DNA of 53,371 nucleotides from an uncultured Pseudomonadales bacterium (GTDB lineage Bacteria; Patescibacteriota; Microgenomatia; UBA1400; UBA12108): NCBI GenBank assembly GCA_964655755.1, contig CAZZNJ010000002.1, positions 1 to 53,371 of the forward strand, read 5' to 3'. Shown piece by piece: positions 1 to 8,193 of this stretch (position 1 is its first letter; each line of letters starts with the position of its first letter). The notes under the pieces were generated by a model. It saw only the letters and a program-made list of their open reading frames with translations, ran no database searches and was not told where the DNA came from. The position numbers and the translations under genes were made by a program.

Positions 1-55
1 AGGACAACAGAATCTGGATCTGTTTATCGGGGTTCGAATCCCTGCTCGGCAACCA
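1..55 (+). tRNA. 3' portion of a tRNA; the anticodon arm reads CUG (tRNA-Gln candidate); the 5' part lies outside the window
   Basis: Anticodon arm at 7-23 (ACAGA/TCTGT stem, 7-nt loop ATCTGGA, U33 present). 4-nt variable loop. T arm at 28-44 (CGGGG-TTCGAAT-CCCTG). 7-nt acceptor 3' strand, discriminator A and encoded CCA at 53-55. Confidence 0.7.
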
Positions 56-1498
56 GTCAGCCAAAACCGCCTTTTTAGGCACATTTTCAAGGTAAGCGTA
101 GGGCTTTTTTAATTGATATTTCAACACTTTCTTATTTTGGATCTCCAAGTTCCAAAGTAGTGATTTGAGTAAATCGGCTTGAATCTCTTCGTCCCTAGTG
201 GCAAACATCTCTTCCAGAGTAAAAAGTTGATTTTTCCAGTTTTTGACGAGTTCCAAAGTGCCCGTGATCGACTCCTCACTTGTGTGCGTTAATTGCTCCT
301 CCAAACTCATCTTTTCGTCATTTAGGCGTGTCCGCTTGTTCGCGAACGCTTCTTTATCAATCTCGCCCTCTAAATGAAGATCTACTAATCGGTCTATCTT
401 TTGTTGAATTGTACTTATTTGAGACTCGATGTTCTCTCGTCTTGTTTGTGTGGCTTCGACACTATTTCCCATTCGCTCGCTGTAAACGTCATAGGCGAGG
501 TTGATCATCTCTCGATCGATTGGCAGGTTCTTAATCGTCCCCATTACTAGGTCATACATGTGCTCTTGATTCATATATGACTTATGCTCGCTACAAATAT
601 GTTTACCATTAGTGCAGTAGTAATACTGATATTTACTTTTCTTAAGTGAAGCGGTAAGTTTGCACCCACAACTCCCACACTTTAGGTAGTCCCGATACAA
701 AAAGTTTAGGGTTTGTTTCTTGGATCGATTAGTGCCAGCAAAAACAGCCTGAACCTGGTCGAACAGCGCTTTCGACACAATTGGCTTGTGTACCCCCTTA
801 TACAGGCTTCCGTCATAAGAAACAGCGCCGTAGTAGACCGGATTGTGTAACAAAAGGTGCATTTGTGACTTCCCGAGGCGGTTGCCCGTCCGAGAGCGCA
901 GACCCATCCCGTAGAGCCGAAAACACAATTCCTTTAACGAGAAAGAGCCGGACGCATACAACTCAAAAGCCCGCCGAATCAACTCCGAGCGCTTGGGATC
1001 GATAACGATACCTCCGTTCTTGTTTAGATAACCTAACGGAGCCCAACCGACAAACATGCCCTTGCGCAACTTGTTGGCGTTACCCTCGCGTATCCGAATC
1101 GAAAGGTTGCGAGAGTACTCCGCGGCCATTGCCAACTCAATTTCCATCATCAAGATATCTTTACTGGTGTTGTAAACTTTAGATGGTGTTCTAATTTCCT
1201 TGAGTTTTCCTTTCGTAAGCAGTTTTGTGAGTTTGGCGCTATCTGTCCCGTTACGAGATAGACGGTCTATGTGGGCTACCAGTATCGCCTCTGCCTCACC
1301 CTTATCGATCCTAGATAACAACTCACTAAATCCTGGTCTTAACCCATCCTCCTTAGCACTTTTACTCTCGATAATGCGATCGATTACCTCAAAGTTGTTT
1401 CTTACCACAAAATCGTGGAGAATATTTAACTGTGTCTCAAGTGATTGGGATTGCTTAGTATCTTCTGACGACCTGCGGGCGTAGATTAGGTATTTCAT
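1..1498 (-). CDS. Large serine recombinase (resolvase/invertase catalytic domain + recombinase domain + zinc ribbon + coiled coil); 3' end not reached in the window
   Basis: My own translation from the ATG at 1498 (absent from the ORF track because no stop occurs before the window edge): MKYLIYARRSSEDTKQSQSLETQ... (catalytic Ser motif YARRSS). Also IDRLSRN, a Cys cluster CGSCGCKL...YYYCTNGKHIC, and a C-terminal coiled-coil region. In frame down to position 2. Confidence 0.85.
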   Translation of the reverse strand, partial: MKYLIYARRSSEDTKQSQSLETQLNILHDFVVRNNFEVIDRIIESKSAKEDGLRPGFSELLSRIDKGEAEAILVAHIDRLSRNGTDSAKLTKLLTKGKLKEIRTPSKVYNTSKDILMMEIELAMAAEYSRNLSIRIREGNANKLRKGMFVGWAPLGYLNKNGGIVIDPKRSELIRRAFELYASGSFSLKELCFRLYGMGLRSRTGNRLGKSQMHLLLHNPVYYGAVSYDGSLYKGVHKPIVSKALFDQVQAVFAGTNRSKKQTLNFLYRDYLKCGSCGCKLTASLKKSKYQYYYCTNGKHICSEHKSYMNQEHMYDLVMGTIKNLPIDREMINLAYDVYSERMGNSVEATQTRRENIESQISTIQQKIDRLVDLHLEGEIDKEAFANKRTRLNDEKMSLEEQLTHTSEESITGTLELVKNWKNQLFTLEEMFATRDEEIQADLLKSLLWNLEIQNKKVLKYQLKKPYAYLENVPKKAVLADWLPSRDSNPDKQIQILLS

Positions 1499-1602
1499 GA
1501 AGTGTCTTTCTGGGCAGGTATTTTATTATTATATCTCTCATTTCCACCAACAATAGTTATAAGACTTAAATGTTGCAGAAATGCAACGTATAAGCGGTGT
1601 TA

Positions 1603-1836
1603 CTAGCCGCTGATACGTTTTTTCCGACCCGCGTCCGCGGGATCGGAAAGGGTAGTGGGTAAAAATGAAATTAAACCAGTGTTGTGTTTGTATAGTGACA
1701 CATACCGATTCATCGCTCGACCCAAATAAAAAAGACTGTCGAGAGTCTCTGCAACCTCTTGGTCGCTTGGTACACGCCCTAGGCGGGAGCATAAATACTC
1801 CTGTATCTGGGGTAGTAATTTTGTTTGTTGTTTCAC
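1603..1836 (-). CDS. Hypothetical small protein upstream of the recombinase (uncertain; may be non-coding)
   Basis: 77-aa ORF co-oriented with the recombinase. The segment LGRVPSDQEVAETL vaguely resembles sigma-70 region 3/HTH. The ORF overlaps strong hairpins, so coding status is doubtful. Confidence 0.25.
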   Translation of the reverse strand: MKQQTKLLPQIQEYLCSRLGRVPSDQEVAETLDSLFYLGRAMNRYVSLYKHNTGLISFLPTTLSDPADAGRKKRISG

Positions 1837-2278
1837 AAAACACTCCTTATGTGTTTTGTGAGAATGCCACGATCAAATACACGCTCTAGTAGCGTGGTAT
1901 TTTGAAGGTATAACCGTGGTTTGGAGTTTTTCTAAAGAATTGGGAATTATTTGTTTGCCACCTAAAACAGCGGGTGGGTCTACACCTCTATACAGGAAGT
2001 AGAACACGCAATGGTCGTCTCTGGTGACCACACTTCCGAAGAAGATTTGAGATTACCGAAATTTGTGGCATTCTGCGCCGAACACCTATCTGCTGTGACG
2101 TATCTATATCCCGATACGTACTCAGTTATGAAGAAGTTATTTGAATAGTAAAGTGCAAACTCACCTAATAACTAACCGATAGTATATCACAATAATAAAA
2201 AATAAGTCAATAAATTCGGTAGTTATGCAGCATTATAAGTGTATATAATATTGAAAATAAAGTATAATACGCTCACTT

Positions 2279-3007
2279 ATGGACACTAACTTAATTATTG
2301 CAACTAAAGACTACGCTAACGAAATGTGGAAGTCATTTTGGTGGTTAGCGAACACGGAATTTTTCTCATCACTAATAACAATGATAGTTGGTCTTGCTGC
2401 CTACAGTATATACACTAAACAAGTTAATGATAAAAAAATAGGGATTACTAACGCAATCTTATTAGAGATAAAAAACGCGAGCGAAGTGATAGGGGAGTTA
2501 AAAAGTAGGTTGTATCAAGATCCAAATAGTTTGTCGGCTGATGATATAAATATCATGCCTGAAAACACCTGGGAGAAAAACAAATCTCTCTATACGAGAG
2601 ATTTAACAAATATTGAGTGGACTGCAGTATCAAACTTTTATCATTATTCTCAATTACTAGACAACGCAATTTCTTACCAGAAAACCTTCTTTGAAAAAAA
2701 CGAATTGAATTTCAGGGAAAACTTGCATCGAGTTGGTGCCGACATGGCATCAAAAATTAAAAATGATAAAAAACTTTCCATCGAATTTCAGAAATTCTAC
2801 GATAGATTATATAGTCTTAACGATCAATCAATATTAGGTCCTAAAAATATGTGGTACCAACCAAGGAAACCGTTACTAGACGTAAAAAATTACTTAAGTC
2901 TTCTCCCTAGTGAAATTACTACTCTACCTCTATACGCAAAACTAGAATCTATATCAATGCAAAAGAACAACTTCTTTATTAACATCAAAAGAATATTCAC
3001 ACATTAA
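2279..3007 (+). CDS. Hypothetical membrane-anchored protein (islet cargo)
   Basis: 242-aa ORF with one N-terminal TM segment (FFSSLITMIVGLAAYSIY). AT-rich codon usage. TATAAT-like element upstream. Confidence 0.7.
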   Translation: MDTNLIIATKDYANEMWKSFWWLANTEFFSSLITMIVGLAAYSIYTKQVNDKKIGITNAILLEIKNASEVIGELKSRLYQDPNSLSADDINIMPENTWEKNKSLYTRDLTNIEWTAVSNFYHYSQLLDNAISYQKTFFEKNELNFRENLHRVGADMASKIKNDKKLSIEFQKFYDRLYSLNDQSILGPKNMWYQPRKPLLDVKNYLSLLPSEITTLPLYAKLESISMQKNNFFINIKRIFTH

Positions 3008-3126
3008 AAGTGTACATGTTGTGCATAGTTCAAATAAATATTGGTGTTGACTCGTAACTCGTCATATTGAATGATAATTGTTATATAAACACCAGTCGAT
3101 TTATAATGTTCTGCTAAAATGTTTTT

Positions 3127-3765
3127 ATGCTAATAAAGGGGTTTGATGAATGGTTAAGTGACATAGAATCAAGCAGCAAGACACGCGAGCCATTACGAGA
3201 GTTATACGCGCAATACACTACAGAATTAGCAGAGTATTCAGAAAACACGCCTAATAGAGAATCGCTATTTATAAACGGTGATCCTAATGAAGGATATAAA
3301 TTTCATCTTAATGTTAAGCCAACTAATGTTAGGGCAGTTTCCGCACAACTAAAGTTATTACAACTCGAGCATAAGTATTTAAGTGGTGGCGAAATAGAAT
3401 CAGGAAAAGTATTTACTGTATACACAGGGTCAAAAGAAAATACAGAAAAAATCGTAAAAACTATTTCTGATAACGAAGCCTTTGCTGCATTATTAGAGCC
3501 TACACAGAGCAGTCCTAATGATATTAGTGCAAACGCTCCCAATGGAGAAGTACCTTTTGCGCCAAATATATATGGTAGATTTGTTGGAGACAAAAACAAA
3601 TACTTAACTAAGGTTCCTCGACTAGGTATTTCTATCCTCAGAGGAACCGAGGGAATGACACTGGATCAATCATATCAAGCCACAAATGAGGCGTTGTTAA
3701 GGGATTATGGAGAGTATTACGGAGGAGGAATTACATACTATCAACCAAAGGCAACTACGCACTGA
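3127..3765 (+). CDS. Hypothetical protein with OspF/SpvC/HopAI1-like phosphothreonine-lyase motifs (tentative)
   Basis: 212-aa ORF. Motifs GYKFHLNV, EHKYL, GKVFTVY and NKYLTKVPRLGISILRGTEG are colinear with recalled SpvC/OspF motifs GDKFHISV (His106), KWKVTD (Lys136), GAQFTLY (Tyr158) and WKYLSYRNELRSGRDGG. Confidence 0.4.
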   Translation: MLIKGFDEWLSDIESSSKTREPLRELYAQYTTELAEYSENTPNRESLFINGDPNEGYKFHLNVKPTNVRAVSAQLKLLQLEHKYLSGGEIESGKVFTVYTGSKENTEKIVKTISDNEAFAALLEPTQSSPNDISANAPNGEVPFAPNIYGRFVGDKNKYLTKVPRLGISILRGTEGMTLDQSYQATNEALLRDYGEYYGGGITYYQPKATTH

Positions 3766-3965
3766 TACCAGTTTCCAACTTCGTCCAGGAGACGCAACCA
3801 ACTAGTACACCCCCCTCCGACCGTAACTCATCAAATGGATTGGTGCTAACCATCTAGTCATGAGACCCCCACAGCTCTCCCTACTAATCAAAATCTCTAT
3901 TACTTAAGTTAGGTTAATAACTTACTGTTCACCTAGGCATAGGATTCACGATCACACTAGAGTGA

Positions 3966-4715
3966 ATGCGATATACTATGGTCATGGTCACCAAGAAGGT
4001 ATATTTTGAGGAAGTAACTGGTCAGAAAATTTTCTGTCACCTCGCCGAACCATCTACGCCTACCAAAAAGATGATAATTATGTCACATGGTTTCCGTGGT
4101 TCGTCGATTGGCCCTGCCAGGCAATTTGTCGATTTTGAACAGGTACTCACCGTAAACGGCTACTCTGTCCTCCGCTTTGATCAACCCAACTGCGGAAATT
4201 CAGAGGGTGACTTTCTCCAGTCTTCATTCAACGAATGGGTCGAAACAATTGTCTATTTCGCAAATAAATACATAACTCTTGGCTATCAAGTCGCATTACT
4301 CGGTCAAAGTATGGGTGCCAGTGCCACAGTCGTAGCCACACACAACCCTGCCATCGTAGGTAAAATCCCCTGCATACTACTCTGGGTTCCCGATCCAAAA
4401 TCTAACATCGGAGAAATGGCTGGACAATTATATGAAGAGGGTGGTCAAAAATACGACGGCAAATTTTGGCAAGAAGCTAAAGAGTCAAATTTTTACGAGT
4501 GTCTAGACACATATAATGGAGCAATTCACCTAGTCTATGGAGAGACAGATCGGTACGTTGACCAAGAACTAAAAAATAGAACCATTGACATTGTAAAAGA
4601 TAAAGGCCAAAAAACAATGATTCTTCATGGTCAAGATCATAGTCCTTGGGAATATGATTCGGTAAGAGTAGTCTACCTAAAAGAACTGGAGCTTCTCAAC
4701 CAATGCGTGCTATGA
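3966..4715 (+). CDS. Alpha/beta hydrolase
   Basis: 249 aa. Nucleophile elbow GQSMG, HGFRGS oxyanion-type motif, C-terminal GQDH. The start may be an internal ATG a few codons downstream. Confidence 0.85.
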   Translation: MRYTMVMVTKKVYFEEVTGQKIFCHLAEPSTPTKKMIIMSHGFRGSSIGPARQFVDFEQVLTVNGYSVLRFDQPNCGNSEGDFLQSSFNEWVETIVYFANKYITLGYQVALLGQSMGASATVVATHNPAIVGKIPCILLWVPDPKSNIGEMAGQLYEEGGQKYDGKFWQEAKESNFYECLDTYNGAIHLVYGETDRYVDQELKNRTIDIVKDKGQKTMILHGQDHSPWEYDSVRVVYLKELELLNQCVL

Positions 4716-5245
4716 ACCTACTCATGCTGCCAGGGAACTCACCCAGAAATAAGGGGTGGACACACATACTTAGTGGATTATTACTTCCGCATTTTTCAGA
4801 GGTAAAAATAGTAGAGTACGAGAGCTGGAGAGATAACGACTTCAGTCGAGTCATCGACTTGGAAGAAGAGCTGGTAAAGGTTAGTAAAGTAGTCAGGAAA
4901 TGGGACCAATATTGTATTATTGCCAAATCCGTCGGCACAGCCCTTTGCATGAAAGCAGTTGCTAAAAAAGTTATTAATCCTCAAAAATGTATGTTTGTCG
5001 GCATTCCCCTGGATTGGCTCGCCACTAATAATATTCCTATAAACAATTGGGTTAAAGACTACCATGTCCCAACAATGGTGGTCCAGCAGCAAGATGATCC
5101 GTTTGGTAGTGCCAAGAATGTGAACAACTTTTTATCATCGATTGATTGTATTACAAGCTACTCGGTCATCGAGGGCAACGATCACATATATGATGATGTC
5201 GCCTCTCTCGCATCTAAGGCAATAGGTTTTTTCAATGAAAAGTAA
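4703..5245 (+). CDS. Alpha/beta-fold serine hydrolase-like protein (YdeN/RBBP9-like)
   Basis: 180 aa. AKSVG nucleophile-elbow variant and C-terminal GNDH. Overlaps the previous gene by 13 nt. Confidence 0.7.
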   Translation: MRAMNLLMLPGNSPRNKGWTHILSGLLLPHFSEVKIVEYESWRDNDFSRVIDLEEELVKVSKVVRKWDQYCIIAKSVGTALCMKAVAKKVINPQKCMFVGIPLDWLATNNIPINNWVKDYHVPTMVVQQQDDPFGSAKNVNNFLSSIDCITSYSVIEGNDHIYDDVASLASKAIGFFNEK

Positions 5246-5465
5246 GTCCAACACCACAGAGGAGTTAGCGACTGCCTACCAAAACGGATTTCCCAAAATA
5301 GGGTCGCCTGCTTACTTTGCGCTCAAGGAAAGTGGGATCACGCTCGCTGATCTGCCCAAATATACCGAACATCACCTACTTAGTCTCCATGGGGTTGGGC
5401 CAAAAGCAGTCAAAATTTTGAGTAAATATTTGTTATCTAACGGTCAGTCGTTTTTAAAAAGCTAA
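5235..5465 (+). CDS. Small helix-hairpin-helix domain protein
   Basis: 76 aa. LLSLHGVGPKAVKIL is an HhH motif. Confidence 0.6.
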   Translation: MKSKSNTTEELATAYQNGFPKIGSPAYFALKESGITLADLPKYTEHHLLSLHGVGPKAVKILSKYLLSNGQSFLKS

Positions 5466-5519
5466 AAGCCTAAGTTACGGCATTAGCAAATATCTCCAGC
5501 AACTTGTTATCATTAACCC

Positions 5520-5948
5520 ATGTCAATCAACCTCCAGCTAGAGGATCTGTACCACAAAGATAAGGCCGAGCGATTAAAGGCCGAGTCAAAAGCGGAAATA
5601 ACTCAGCTCGTCCTAAATACGCGCCACAGGTTAAATAAGCTCCGAGATCTCCTCCCCAACCTAGACGAAACCGAAATCTGGAATTGCCACTATGTCGCCT
5701 ACCTCCTCCAACATGGAGAGGGGAGTGCAGATTTTGCGCTCGCCCACGACTACGCCAAAAAAGCCGTTGCGATGGGTAGTCAGGTGACCAAATGGCTATA
5801 CGCCGCCACTCTCGATAGACTCCTGATCTCCCAAGGTAAGCTACAAAAGTACGGTACCCAATACCAGTTGGTTAATGGCAAAAAAATCTATGCCCCAACC
5901 GACAATACCATCAGTGATGCCGTCAAAAAAGAGTACGGAGTGCTATAG
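5520..5948 (+). CDS. Hypothetical protein
   Basis: 142-aa ORF. TATCAT lies 6 nt upstream of the ATG (leaderless-type promoter). Confidence 0.65.
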   Translation: MSINLQLEDLYHKDKAERLKAESKAEITQLVLNTRHRLNKLRDLLPNLDETEIWNCHYVAYLLQHGEGSADFALAHDYAKKAVAMGSQVTKWLYAATLDRLLISQGKLQKYGTQYQLVNGKKIYAPTDNTISDAVKKEYGVL

Positions 5949-5977
5949 TATCTTCAGTGAGCAAATAAGGAGGATAT

Positions 5978-6220
5978 ATGAAGAAAACTATCACCAAACC
6001 AAAACTAACCGAAATGTCTCAAGGATGCAGCTGTGACTGCGGCAAAAAACGCAGCAGTAGCGAAAGCCCGCTTTATGGCCTTGGCCTCGTTGGTGCTGCC
6101 TTTTATTTTCTCCCTGGTTCTAGCGGTCTCTCCGAGTGGCTCTGGCACCTCTTTCAGACCATCGCCTGGCCCGGTTTTTTGGTCTATCACCTGCTTCAAT
6201 TTATTAGCGTTGGAAACTAA
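5978..6220 (+). CDS. Small membrane protein with a Cys-rich N-terminus
   Basis: 80 aa. Strong SD (AAGGAGG) upstream. CSCDCG motif followed by two hydrophobic segments. Confidence 0.65.
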   Translation: MKKTITKPKLTEMSQGCSCDCGKKRSSSESPLYGLGLVGAAFYFLPGSSGLSEWLWHLFQTIAWPGFLVYHLLQFISVGN

Positions 6221-6225
6221 AGCCT

Positions 6226-7368
6226 ATGCAAAAACTACTCCTCCCGCTCCTTCTCTCTACCATCTTCATATGTCTCCCAGCCACCCCAGCCTCCGCCAAA
6301 GTCCAGTATAGCGAGGGAGAGGTGGTTGTCGCCAAAAACGAAGTAGTCTCAGATGACCTCTATATCGCTGGCAAGACCGTGCGGATCGAGGGGAGGGTAG
6401 AGGGTGACTTGTATATTGCCGGCGAGTACATTTTTGTCACTGGCGACATCACTGGCGACACCACTGCCGTCGGCAACGACATCACTGTCGAGGGTGCAAT
6501 TGGTCAGGACGCCTACCTCGTTGGTCGTACCATCTCGCTTAAGCGCGCCAAAGTCAGCGACTCCCTCCACGTTGCTGGGCAAAACATCACGATTAGTAGC
6601 GACACTATCTTGGGTGGTTCGCTCCTCGGCGCCGGTAGTAATATCAGGAGTGACGCCACGATCGCGCGCTCCCTCATGCTGGCCGGTGCCACGCTCTACC
6701 ACAACGCCCCAGTGCTCGGTGAGGCACGCCTCGCCGGCGAAGATCTCACTCTCGGTCCCAAAACTAGTGTCTCAAAAGACCTCACCTACTACCTCTCACC
6801 CGAAGTCGGCACCATTGATAACCAAGCTCAGGTAAAAGGGAACACCAATGTGGTTACCGAGCCAGCTGAGTGGAGACAAAAGCAGGCGCTCGACGCGCAA
6901 AATCGCCGTAATTTTGGCTATCTCTGGCGCCTCTCGTCATACCTCGGGATGCTGCTAGTCGGCGGCGTGGCAATCTGGCTCCTCAAAAAACCGCTAAACT
7001 CGGCAGTTAACTCCCTAAACATTCGTAGTCTAAACTCTCTAGGTGCCGGCCTGCTCGTTACTATCCTGACTCCTCCCGCTCTCGTTATCCTGATGCTTAC
7101 GATGATCGGCCTCCCCCTCGCCCTGCTTACTATCCCGCTCTACCTCCTCCTGCTCTACGCAGGCAAGTTGGTTGCGGCCCTCGCCCTCGCCCGCTCGCTC
7201 TTTGGCACTGCCACTGTCACCAAAACAACCCCGCTGTTTGAGATGTTTGTCGGCGTTACCGCACTGCACTTACTCAAGCTCATCCCCGTTGGCGGTTACT
7301 TTGTTAGTCTGCTGGCAACCTGGATAGGGGTCGGGGCGATCTATCTCTCGTTCAAAAAATCAAAATAA
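6226..7368 (+). CDS. Bactofilin-like (polymer-forming, beta-helix repeat) protein with a signal peptide and a C-terminal multi-TM region
   Basis: 380 aa. N-terminal signal sequence. Repeated G-x-V/I-x-G-D-L/I beta-helix units (EGRVEGDLYIAGEYIFVTGDITGD...). At least 4 C-terminal TM helices. Confidence 0.8.
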   Translation: MQKLLLPLLLSTIFICLPATPASAKVQYSEGEVVVAKNEVVSDDLYIAGKTVRIEGRVEGDLYIAGEYIFVTGDITGDTTAVGNDITVEGAIGQDAYLVGRTISLKRAKVSDSLHVAGQNITISSDTILGGSLLGAGSNIRSDATIARSLMLAGATLYHNAPVLGEARLAGEDLTLGPKTSVSKDLTYYLSPEVGTIDNQAQVKGNTNVVTEPAEWRQKQALDAQNRRNFGYLWRLSSYLGMLLVGGVAIWLLKKPLNSAVNSLNIRSLNSLGAGLLVTILTPPALVILMLTMIGLPLALLTIPLYLLLLYAGKLVAALALARSLFGTATVTKTTPLFEMFVGVTALHLLKLIPVGGYFVSLLATWIGVGAIYLSFKKSK

Positions 7369-7375
7369 CTTCAAG

Positions 7376-7912
7376 CTAAAGCTCGCTCGGGTGTGGCTCG
7401 GGAGGCATAAACTCGTCTCCGTCTGGCGTCTTGGCATAGTCGTCATTCTTTAGCCATTGCACATATTTGCATCCTGTTGCTTGTTTGTTTTCTCTGTCCC
7501 ACCCCGCCGTGCTACATTTCTTCATTTTTTTGCCAGCCGCTGTGGTGTAGAGCACTAGTTTTTCCCCACACTCCGGACAGTCTTCGTCCAGTTTCTCGGT
7601 TGTACCATTGATCCATTCCACATAATCACAGCCCTCGGCTTTTTTGGTCTCTTTGTTCCATACGTTGGTGCTACATTTCTTCATTTTTTTGCCAAATCTA
7701 GTCATGTTGATAACTAGGGGACTGCCGCATTTGGGACATTTTTCGTCCAGCTCTTGGGGTTTAAACTCTAACCACTTAACATAGTCACAGCCCTCGTTTT
7801 TTCTCGTCTCTGGGTTCCATGAGCCGGCGCTACAGCGCTGCAGCTCCCTCCCTGTTTTGGTTGTTGTCACTGGGGATAGGGGACTACCGCATTTGGGACA
7901 TTTTTCTTCCAT
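7376..7912 (-). CDS. Protein made of three tandem topoisomerase-type C4 zinc ribbons
   Basis: 178 aa. Three ~53-54-aa repeats, each CPxCGxxL...C...GCxYVxW. Confidence 0.8.
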   Translation of the reverse strand: MEEKCPKCGSPLSPVTTTKTGRELQRCSAGSWNPETRKNEGCDYVKWLEFKPQELDEKCPKCGSPLVINMTRFGKKMKKCSTNVWNKETKKAEGCDYVEWINGTTEKLDEDCPECGEKLVLYTTAAGKKMKKCSTAGWDRENKQATGCKYVQWLKNDDYAKTPDGDEFMPPEPHPSEL

Positions 7913-7932
7913 ATTCAGTCATAATAGACGCT

Positions 7933-8178
7933 ATGAGATATTTTGTCTATGTTCTCTTATGCCAAGATAGCTCGTACTATACCGGTATCACTACCGATGT
8001 AATGCGTCGTTTCCGGCTACATCAACTCGGTAAAGGGGCCAAATATACGCGTAGCCACAAACCTCTAAAAATTGTTCACACAGAACAGTATGGTTCCAAA
8101 TCGCTTGCCCTAGTCCGTGAACACGCACTCAAAAGCTTGACTCATCAACAAAAACTCAAATTATTTCAGGACATGTAA
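7933..8178 (+). CDS. GIY-YIG nuclease superfamily protein (UPF0213/YhbQ-like)
   Basis: MRYFVYVLLCQDSSYYTGITTDVMRRFRLH. Internal ATG chosen: CATAAT lies 7 nt upstream, and the longer ORF overlaps the antisense gene. Confidence 0.8.
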   Translation: MRYFVYVLLCQDSSYYTGITTDVMRRFRLHQLGKGAKYTRSHKPLKIVHTEQYGSKSLALVREHALKSLTHQQKLKLFQDM

Positions 8179-8193
8179 TAATTGTTACCATCT

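Larger units (their letters stand above)
56..3780. mobile_element. Putative integrated islet next to the tRNA 3' end (serine recombinase + AT-rich cargo); right boundary approximate
   Basis: The recombinase abuts the tRNA. Cargo genes at 2279-3765 and their spacers are conspicuously AT-rich compared with the flanking DNA from ~3780 onward. No long direct repeat is expected for serine recombinases. Confidence 0.45.

Noticed and set aside
3790-3805. Direct repeat of the tRNA 3' end (GCAACCA at about 3795) as the attR of the islet.
   Set aside because: Only a 7-nt match. Serine recombinases do not generate long direct repeats, so this has no evidential value.
6349-6835. ORF-track entries antisense to, or out of frame with, strong genes. 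Examples: 6349-6702, 6404-6835, 7039-7269, 17985-18341, 26307-26908, 32330-32779, 33132-33533, 49574-49897, 52070-52378.
   Set aside because: These are shadow ORFs typical of GC-richer coding regions. They have low-complexity Ser/Pro/Arg/Ala-rich translations, no start-site signals, and full overlap with genes that carry clear family motifs.
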